In this document: positions 26,372 through 32,000 of the stretch, piece after piece
Layout of the letters: each line of letters opens with the position of its first letter
How positions within the stretch are numbered: position 1 is the first letter of the stretch
Assembly: GCF_009734345.1 (NCBI RefSeq)
Contig: NZ_CP032551.1
Location: 1,950,001-1,982,000, forward strand
Reading direction: 5' to 3'
Length of the DNA: 32,000 bases
DNA from: Pseudidiomarina andamanensis
Lineage (GTDB): Bacteria; Pseudomonadota; Gammaproteobacteria; Enterobacterales; Alteromonadaceae
Position numbers and translations under genes: made by a program
The notes under the pieces: model-generated
The model's input: only the letters and a program-made list of their open reading frames with translations
The model's database searches: none
Told to the model about the DNA's origin: nothing

Positions 26372-27421
26372 ATGAACGCTGCAACATTACCGATTATCTC
26401 TTTAACATCACTTGATTCTGATGAAGGCTTGGCGCAATTGCGCCGAGCTGCCAGTGAGGTCGGATTTTTCTACCTTATCGATCACGGTTTAAGCGATGAT
26501 GCGCAACAAGAATACTTGGCGTTAAGCCGGGCATTCTTTCAGCTTCCAGCCGAGGAAAAACAACGCGTTGATATGATTCATTCGCCGCATTTCCGTGGTT
26601 ATAACGCCATGGGGAATGAAATGACAGCCGGTCGGCTTGATGCGCGCGAGCAATTCGACTGGATGAATGAAGAGCTGGCGCTTTCAGCTGAGCAGCTTAA
26701 TCACCCTTGGCAAAAGCTGATTGGCCCGAATCTATGGCCGAGTGCCATGCCAATTCTCAAGCCAGCACTCACCACACTACAAAATAAGCTAAGTGACATC
26801 ACGGTTAACTTATTACAGAGGCTCTGTGAATCATTGGGTGTTGACGGTCACGCACTTGACCATACGATTGGTACGCAGCCATATACTCACGCCAAATTGA
26901 TTCGCTACCCGGCGCAAGCGTCGCCACAACAAGGTGTTGGTGCGCATAAAGACCCAGGCTACCTGACCTTGGTCATGCAAGACGCACAAAGCGGGCTCAA
27001 AGTTGAACGTGGCGACGCGTGGGTGGGTGTGCCGCCAATTGCGGGCGCATTGGTGGTGAATATTGGTGAGTTATTGGAACTTGCTTCGAACGGCTATCTA
27101 AAGGCAACGAATCATAAAGTTGAAAGCCCAATTCAGAGCGCAGAACGTTACTCCATTGCGTTCTTTATGGCTGCGCAATTATCCGCGACAGTTCCGGTGC
27201 TATCATTGCCGCCAGAATTAAAATCGCGTGCATTAGGTCCATCGGTTGATCCGAGCAACCCACTGATGACTGATGTTGGCAATAACGTACTGAAAGGGCG
27301 CTTACGCTCGCATCCTCACGTAACACGTAAGCATTATTGCGATGAACCGTTAAGGCATTTATTAGCGAAAAGCTTTGCACACATGCCTACCGCTGACATT
27401 TGTGATGAGTGTCGGCTTTAA
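26372..27421 (+). CDS. 2-oxoglutarate/Fe(II)-dependent oxygenase (isopenicillin-N-synthase-like family)
   Basis: 349 aa. N-terminal DIOX_N-like LPIISL...L..AASEVGFFYLIDHG. H.D...H triad in GAHKDPGYLTLVMQD ... NHKV. RYSIAFF carries the 2OG-binding Arg. Confidence 0.88.
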   Translation: MNAATLPIISLTSLDSDEGLAQLRRAASEVGFFYLIDHGLSDDAQQEYLALSRAFFQLPAEEKQRVDMIHSPHFRGYNAMGNEMTAGRLDAREQFDWMNEELALSAEQLNHPWQKLIGPNLWPSAMPILKPALTTLQNKLSDITVNLLQRLCESLGVDGHALDHTIGTQPYTHAKLIRYPAQASPQQGVGAHKDPGYLTLVMQDAQSGLKVERGDAWVGVPPIAGALVVNIGELLELASNGYLKATNHKVESPIQSAERYSIAFFMAAQLSATVPVLSLPPELKSRALGPSVDPSNPLMTDVGNNVLKGRLRSHPHVTRKHYCDEPLRHLLAKSFAHMPTADICDECRL

Positions 27422-27548
27422 ATTACTGACACGACTATCGGTCTCTCTGATTGGAACAGTGCATTTTAATTTTCTTCAATAAAAGACTAGGAACTTAACT
27501 ACTATTGGTAGACTCTATTAAAACAATAACCGAATAGAGGAAGCTGCT

Positions 27549-27818
27549 ATGAAATGTCCAGTATGTAAAGAAGAAAACTTGGTTATGGCTGAGCGTCAAG
27601 GCATTGAAATTGATTATTGTCCAAGTTGTCGAGGAGTCTGGTTGGATCGTGGTGAGTTAGACAAAATTATTGAACGCTCTGCACCGCAAGAAGCTCCAGT
27701 ACATCGATCGGCGCCCCCGCAGCAGCAAACCGGGCATTACGAGCGCGGTTATGACAAAGGTTACAGTCACAAAAAATATAAGAAAAAGAGTTTGCTAGGC
27801 GAAATCTTTGACTTTTAG
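27549..27818 (+). CDS. zf-TFIIB-type zinc-ribbon protein
   Basis: 89 aa. MKCPVCK...IEIDYCPSCRGVWLDRGELDKII is the family core. Low-complexity basic tail. Confidence 0.85.
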   Translation: MKCPVCKEENLVMAERQGIEIDYCPSCRGVWLDRGELDKIIERSAPQEAPVHRSAPPQQQTGHYERGYDKGYSHKKYKKKSLLGEIFDF

Positions 27819-27884
27819 TTTGAGATAATAAGTTTGAGTCGGACCTAGAGCCTCAAGAACGTCAATTCGCATAAGGAAATCAAA

Positions 27885-28595
27885 ATGAAAGCAATGGTAC
27901 TCGCACTGACTTCGTTAAGCCTGCTATCAGGCTGTGTGGTCTACGCAAATGTGTCAGATGATGGTGGTTTTTGGAGCGATAGTGAGCTTCAACATGAAAC
28001 ACGGAATCTGTCGTTAGATATGACTGATATTGAAGAAATGAAGGCTGATACTGGTGCCGGAAGTTTAGAAATTATCGGTGAAGCGGGTCGTACCCGAATT
28101 GATGTGGTTGCAGAGGTTTATTATCGCGACGCTGAAGACATTCAGTTGTCGCTAGAGAAAACCGGCGGTAACGCGGTTTTAACTGCCGACTTTGCGAGCA
28201 ATTCCTACCGGGGTGACAACCCGTATATTAATTTGACAGTACGCGTACCAGCTGAGCTGAGTATTGAATTGAATGATGGGTCTGGCTCAATTGCACTGCG
28301 TGACGTGATGGGTGATCTCACTATCGAAGATGGTTCGGGTAGCATCACGATCGAACATGGCGGTAATGTCGACATCGATGACGGTTCAGGCTCAATCACG
28401 GTGCGTCATCTTCGTGGCGATTTAACGATTGAAGACGGCTCAGGTTCAATTGATATTGAGCGGGTGAGTGGCAAGGTTACGATCGACGATGGTTCTGGCG
28501 GCATCGATGTGCGCCATGTCGGTGATTTAAAGATCATTGAAAGTGGCTCTGGTAGCCTGAGTATTGACGGTGTTGGTAATTCATCGAAAATGTAA
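27885..28595 (+). CDS. lipoprotein with DUF4097-like (putative adhesin / beta-helix) DGSGSI repeats
   Basis: 236 aa. LSLLSGC lipobox. Six copies of D/EGSGS(I/L) occur at residues 131, 149, 166, 184, 202 and 220, plus a degenerate DTGAGSL at 55. AAGGAA RBS. Confidence 0.75.
   Translation: MKAMVLALTSLSLLSGCVVYANVSDDGGFWSDSELQHETRNLSLDMTDIEEMKADTGAGSLEIIGEAGRTRIDVVAEVYYRDAEDIQLSLEKTGGNAVLTADFASNSYRGDNPYINLTVRVPAELSIELNDGSGSIALRDVMGDLTIEDGSGSITIEHGGNVDIDDGSGSITVRHLRGDLTIEDGSGSIDIERVSGKVTIDDGSGGIDVRHVGDLKIIESGSGSLSIDGVGNSSKM
28275..28568 (+). repeat. roughly 54-nt (17-18-codon) tandem coding repeats (DGSGSI-x12)
   Basis: DGSGSIALRDVMGDLTIE / DGSGSITIEHGGNVDID / DGSGSITVRHLRGDLTIE / DGSGSIDIERVSGKVTID / DGSGGIDVRHVGDLKIIE / SGSGSLSIDGVG. 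Confidence 0.85.
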
Positions 28596-28614
28596 GTAGA
28601 GCGCAGGCGATAGC

Positions 28615-29352
28615 GTGTTTAAACCCAAGGTTGTGATTCCTCAGCAATTCATCCACGAGCATCCTATTGCTCATGGCGAAGAATTTGGTGTGCTGTGTTG
28701 GAATACTCAGAAACTTACCGAAAAACCCGAGTTTCAGCGCGCTTTAGCATGTGTTTTAGCCGACTTTCCTTGTTTATTCTTATTGCTGCAAGAGGCGAAG
28801 CTGAGTGCGAAAAATAATTGGCTCCTCCCTGATTGGTCTTATGCGGTTGCTCCGAATATGCAAACACGCCGGTCGACTTATGGCGTACTTACCGCCAGTC
28901 AGTATGCTTTTACCGAAGCTCAAGCTCGATTGAGCAGAAAGCGCGAAGGCATGTTCGCGACACATAAAAGTTATATGTTGTCGTATCACACGCTTGCAGA
29001 GGGCGGTTCATTGTTAGTGGCCAATGTTCACGCGATCAACTTTGTTCGCGCACATCAATTTTCACAAGAAATAGAACTCATAAAAGAAGAGATTCTGGGC
29101 CACAAAGGACCCCTTATTGTGGCTGGTGATTTTAATGTGTGGAGCCGTCAACGGCGATTGCGCTTACTGCAATTTTGTCGCAGCATTGGTCTTCGGCGGG
29201 CGATTATGGTTGATCCACATCATATCAAGACCTATCGCCAACACCCGTTGGATTTTATCTTCTACCGCGACCTTTCACTTCAGGAAGCAACAGCAATTGA
29301 TACAAGCACGGTGTCTGACCACAACCCTCTCTATGCGCGATTTAAGTTATAG
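28615..29352 (+). CDS. yafD: endonuclease/exonuclease/phosphatase-family protein, YafD (UPF0294)-like
   Basis: 245 aa, GTG start. LLLQEA, VANVHAINF, VAGDFNVWSRQRR, HPLDFIFYRDL and VSDHNPLYARF are collinear with E. coli YafD as I recall it. Confidence 0.8.
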   Translation: MFKPKVVIPQQFIHEHPIAHGEEFGVLCWNTQKLTEKPEFQRALACVLADFPCLFLLLQEAKLSAKNNWLLPDWSYAVAPNMQTRRSTYGVLTASQYAFTEAQARLSRKREGMFATHKSYMLSYHTLAEGGSLLVANVHAINFVRAHQFSQEIELIKEEILGHKGPLIVAGDFNVWSRQRRLRLLQFCRSIGLRRAIMVDPHHIKTYRQHPLDFIFYRDLSLQEATAIDTSTVSDHNPLYARFKL

Positions 29353-29373
29353 CGGTTTTCGGTTCAAGTTATG

Positions 29374-29408
29374 ACAAAAAATGCAGCCCAATAATTTTAT
29401 TGGGCTGC
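29374..29408 (-). terminator. rho-independent terminator of the TonB-dependent receptor gene (may also stop the convergent yafD-like gene)
   Basis: GCAGCCCAATAA / TTATTGGGCTGC form 12-bp perfect arms (29383-29394 and 29397-29408). On the minus strand the hairpin is followed by ATTTTTTG. Confidence 0.8.
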
Positions 29409-29419
29409 AAAAGTTCCGA

Positions 29420-31516
29420 TTAAAACGAGCCGATTAATGAAACCATGGCATTAAGCGGTGCTCCCACTGTTACTTGATGCGTCGAATGCGCATTCGGGAA
29501 GTAGAGTTCATCAGTTAGGTTCTCAATGTTCAATTGTACCCGCATATCATCAGAAATTTGATAATAAGCCGAGGCATCGATACGTGTATAGCTTGGCATA
29601 ACCGCGTTATTGCCGTTATCGATAAAGCTGTCATCCTGATACGTGGCACCTAAACCCATACCAAACTTGTCGGTAAACTGGTAAGTATTCCAAACTGCGA
29701 AAGTCTGCTCAGGTAATTCACGTGGTGTGCGACCGGTTGGGCCAGAGCGATCCACAATTTCCCCATCGAGATTGCTGTAGTTTGCAGTGAGATACCAAGC
29801 ATCAGTGACTTGACCTTTAAACTGCAATTCAAAACCATTAATCTCAGAGTCAATGATGTCTAACGTAGACGGGTCATTATCGGCCACCTGAGGCGAGCTT
29901 TGTTCATTCTCAAAAATTGCTGCGGTGAAGCTCATACCTGGTACAAAGTCCCATTTAACCCCGATTTCACGATTGCTGTAAGTATCTGGGTCAAGCTTGT
30001 CATTATTGCCGTTAATGTCGGTATATTGCTCACCACTTCGTGGTAAGAACGAACGGCTATAACTTGCGTACAGTGAGACATTTTCCATTGGTTTATAAAT
30101 AACACCAGCACGTGGCGAAACTTCATTATCGGTGCGGCTACGGGTTTCTAAAACAGCTGGGTCTGCGTTAAATACTTCAATATCAAACTGATCAAAGCGT
30201 GCGCCAAGTACCACATCGAAGTGGTCAGATAACGCAATTTCATCTTGGACGTAAACCGATAGCACGTCTAGCTTCACGCGCGTGTCATCGTTCAAGTCGC
30301 TGAAACTTACCGTGAAGTTCTCGCCGTCAGCATTGACACCGGCGAGGCCGTTGATGCTAATTGGACGTTGAATATCAAAGAGTTCGCGGTCAGAGCCAGT
30401 GGTGCTGAAAACCGGATTGTAACGGTTTTGATCGGAGTGCGTTGAAATCAACTCTGAACCAACAATGAGTGTATGACCAATGCTACCGGTTTCAAATTCG
30501 CCAACAATATTGCCAGAAAGAATCAAGTTATCGCGAGATGTACTGTCGATGTAGCCGTCAAGCTCTACAATGTTGTTGGTTGCATCGTAGTCGCTGGCAT
30601 AAAAATTTGAGTACACTTTTTCATAATCGCCGTAGAAAGCGCTGAAGTTGCCTTTCACAGCATCGCTAAATTTATGCTCGACAGCTGCTCGGAAGATGTG
30701 AGCTTCAAGGTCGGTGTAGTTATGTTGCGGGTCACCGAACACAATCTCTTCAAATGCTTCAACAGGACGGCCATCGGCACCGGTAGGAACACCGCGGTCG
30801 ATGAAACGCTCATGATTGGCATATTCATAGGAAACATTAAGCGTGGTGTCGTCGGATAATTCAAACTGTGCAGTTGGGTTGAATCCGTAGCGGTCGCCAT
30901 CAAAAAAGTCGCGATGATTCTCAACGCGCTCGTACATGGCGTTAATTCTTAGCGCCGAGCTGTCGCTCATGGTGACGTTCGTGTCGATAGCAGCGTTTAA
31001 GCCACCGAATGAGTTTGCAGATGTTGTGTAATCGGTGAATTCACCGCCAATGTCGGCTTTCTTTGAAACCCGATTTAAAATACCGCCGGTACCACCACGA
31101 CCAAATAACAACGCGTTCGGGCCGCGCAAAATTTCCACTTGTTCAATGTTGTAAAGGGCACGGTAGTACTGCACATCATCACGGTTACCGTCTAGGTAAA
31201 AATCTGCTGTTGAGCGAACGCCACGGAAGACAACGGCGTCGCGATGACCTTCGCCTTGGGTGGTATTCACGCCCGGCGTGTAGTCAATAATTTCGCCGAT
31301 ACTGGTGATGCCGCGCTCGGAAATTTCCTCGGCAGTGATAATGGTGAGACTCTGTGGCACATCAATAATTGGTGTCGGCGTTTTCACCGAATTGGATTCA
31401 CTTACCGATAAATGTTGGCCCCGGACCTCGATTCGCTCAAGTTCGTCACTGTTCTGCGCAGTTGCCGTGTGGCTCATTAAAATGGCCGCGGCGATAGTCG
31501 TAAGTCGGAATTTCAC
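29420..31516 (-). CDS. TonB-dependent (siderophore-type) outer-membrane receptor
   Basis: 698 aa, GTG start 9 nt after GGAG. Signal peptide MKFRLTTIAAAILMSHTATA. TonB-box-like ELERIEVRG. Plug motifs PQSLTIIT, FRGVRS and RGPNALLFGRGGTGGILN. C-terminal aromatic ...SLIGSF. Confidence 0.92.
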   Translation of the reverse strand: MKFRLTTIAAAILMSHTATAQNSDELERIEVRGQHLSVSESNSVKTPTPIIDVPQSLTIITAEEISERGITSIGEIIDYTPGVNTTQGEGHRDAVVFRGVRSTADFYLDGNRDDVQYYRALYNIEQVEILRGPNALLFGRGGTGGILNRVSKKADIGGEFTDYTTSANSFGGLNAAIDTNVTMSDSSALRINAMYERVENHRDFFDGDRYGFNPTAQFELSDDTTLNVSYEYANHERFIDRGVPTGADGRPVEAFEEIVFGDPQHNYTDLEAHIFRAAVEHKFSDAVKGNFSAFYGDYEKVYSNFYASDYDATNNIVELDGYIDSTSRDNLILSGNIVGEFETGSIGHTLIVGSELISTHSDQNRYNPVFSTTGSDRELFDIQRPISINGLAGVNADGENFTVSFSDLNDDTRVKLDVLSVYVQDEIALSDHFDVVLGARFDQFDIEVFNADPAVLETRSRTDNEVSPRAGVIYKPMENVSLYASYSRSFLPRSGEQYTDINGNNDKLDPDTYSNREIGVKWDFVPGMSFTAAIFENEQSSPQVADNDPSTLDIIDSEINGFELQFKGQVTDAWYLTANYSNLDGEIVDRSGPTGRTPRELPEQTFAVWNTYQFTDKFGMGLGATYQDDSFIDNGNNAVMPSYTRIDASAYYQISDDMRVQLNIENLTDELYFPNAHSTHQVTVGAPLNAMVSLIGSF

Positions 31517-31607
31517 GTGTGGGATCTCCAGTTGATAGTCAGTAAATTTTCTTAAAATTTTTTCAGTAGCGCAGGCCGATAGGTCATGGCTTCTAGAACG
31601 GAAGCAT

Positions 31608-31626
31608 GTTAATGCGAATCATTCCT
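31608..31626 (-). promoter_or_regulatory. Fur-box-like operator overlapping a candidate promoter of the receptor gene
   Basis: + strand GTTAATGCGAATCATTCCT matches 13 of 19 positions of GATAATGATAATCATTATC. On the minus strand, TTGCAA-N17-TAACAT brackets the box. Confidence 0.45.
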
Positions 31627-31787
31627 AATTGCAATAACGGAAGTTTAAAATTGGCAGAATGCAGGTTTTTATATGATGTGGCTCCACCATAATGGCTTCT
31701 ATCTAGCCGGATGCCGTGCCTATGTGCGTTTGGCATTGGATTTTTTACTTATAACTGCTCCGAATTTTCGGGGGGATTACAAATGGA

Positions 31788-31859
31788 ATGAATGAAGCTT
31801 ATAAAAGGCAGGTAAAGTTGCTACTCGATGTGTTGCCGGAAATCGCGAAAGAGGACTAA
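31788..31859 (+). pseudogene. 5' relic (23 codons) of an AbiEii/DUF1814-type nucleotidyltransferase toxin gene
   Basis: MNEAYKRQVKLLLDVLPEIAKED* resembles the conserved N-terminus of AbiEii proteins (..Y..QV.LLL.VLP..A.E then FALKGGTAINLF). The GGTAIN core is absent in every downstream frame. Composition changes right after the stop. Confidence 0.45.
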
Positions 31860-31886
31860 TTGATCAGGTTTTATTCATAAAAATAC

Positions 31887-31970
31887 ATTTATGATGTCTA
31901 CTTCATTTTTGTGTATTTATGTACTACACTTCATCTGTGCTTATTTATGAACCTAACTACATCGATGAGG
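31887..31970 (+). repeat. three head-to-tail imperfect 28-bp direct repeats, each starting ATTTATG
   Basis: U1 31887-31914 ATTTATGATGTCTACTTCATTTTTGTGT. U2 31915-31942 ATTTATGTACTACACTTCATCTGTGCTT. U3 31943-31970 ATTTATGAACCTAACTACATCGATGAGG. U1/U2 share 19 of 28 positions and U2/U3 share 18 of 28. Confidence 0.8.
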
Positions 31971-31977
31971 TTTACTC

Positions 31978-32000
31978 ATGATCATCCAGCGCCCAGCCGA
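31978..32000 (+). CDS. start of an unidentified gene running off the right edge (MIIQRPA...)
   Basis: GAGG-N7-ATG at 31978. Only 7 codons are visible. Confidence 0.3.

Noticed and set aside
27513-27539. CTCTATT-N13-AATAGAG hairpin overlapping the SD of the zf-TFIIB gene.
   Set aside because: The AT-rich 7-bp stem is probably too weak to matter on its own. It is mentioned only as a parallel to the much stronger hairpin at 26344.
1-32000. Search by eye for CRISPR arrays, tRNA/rRNA genes, IS elements, integrases, reverse transcriptases, and known defence-system hallmark domains other than the AbiEii relic.
   Set aside because: No regularly spaced 24-40-bp repeats with unique spacers were seen. 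No tRNA-like T-arm/acceptor patterns were noticed. No transposase, integrase or RT motifs appeared in any listed ORF. The 28-bp units at 31887-31970 are contiguous with no spacers, so they are not CRISPR. A proper tRNAscan/Infernal/ISfinder run was not possible.

Overview
This looks like a densely packed chromosomal segment from a marine gammaproteobacterium. The Alteromonadales/Idiomarina-like placement is inferred from protein similarity only and was not computed. I support 33 intact CDS, one CDS running off each edge, and one gene remnant. I recognised no rRNA, tRNA, CRISPR array, transposase or integrase. Content from left to right: a TPR protein (partial), oligopeptidase B, and a YebC-family regulator. 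Next comes a RegB/RegA-like two-component pair followed on the same strand by a persulfide-dioxygenase-like MBL hydrolase and a YeiH-family exporter, with a convergent TauE/SafE exporter. Then 1-Cys peroxiredoxin, a 4'-phosphopantetheinyl transferase, a dimeric-dUTPase-like protein, an MliC/META lipoprotein, a Met/His-rich 11-mer-repeat periplasmic protein, and DUF2892 plus a ChrR-type bicupin. A five-gene minus-strand string follows: BCAM0308-like Zn-ribbon protein, anchored glutathione peroxidase, GT2-GtrA fusion, MscL, and a DSD1/D-threonine-aldolase-family enzyme. After that come a large S9 peptidase, BenE, a secreted thrombospondin-type-3-repeat protein, a PRTase, a TIGR03643 protein, YbiT, DUF2891, a 2OG-Fe(II) oxygenase, a zf-TFIIB protein, a DGSGSI-repeat lipoprotein, a YafD-like EEP protein and a TonB-dependent receptor with a Fur-box-like site. 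Most of this is ordinary core or shell genome, and I do not see a complete, clearly novel multi-gene system. The most unusual items are listed here. (1) At the right edge, a 23-codon relic of an AbiEii-type toxin gene abuts AT-rich DNA carrying three phased 28-bp direct repeats and a new gene start, probably an island or mobile-element boundary. (2) The RegA-like response regulator retains only the last helix of its HTH, and its kinase has a deviant G1 box; the pair sits upstream of a persulfide-to-sulfite-export gene set. (3) A secreted protein is built from about nine 11-residue Met/His/Lys/Glu repeats. (4) MscL carries a C-terminal 4-Cys zinc-ribbon tail. (5) A GC-rich hairpin buries the RBS of the 2OG oxygenase gene. 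All functional calls rest on motif recognition from memory and need HMM or BLAST confirmation.
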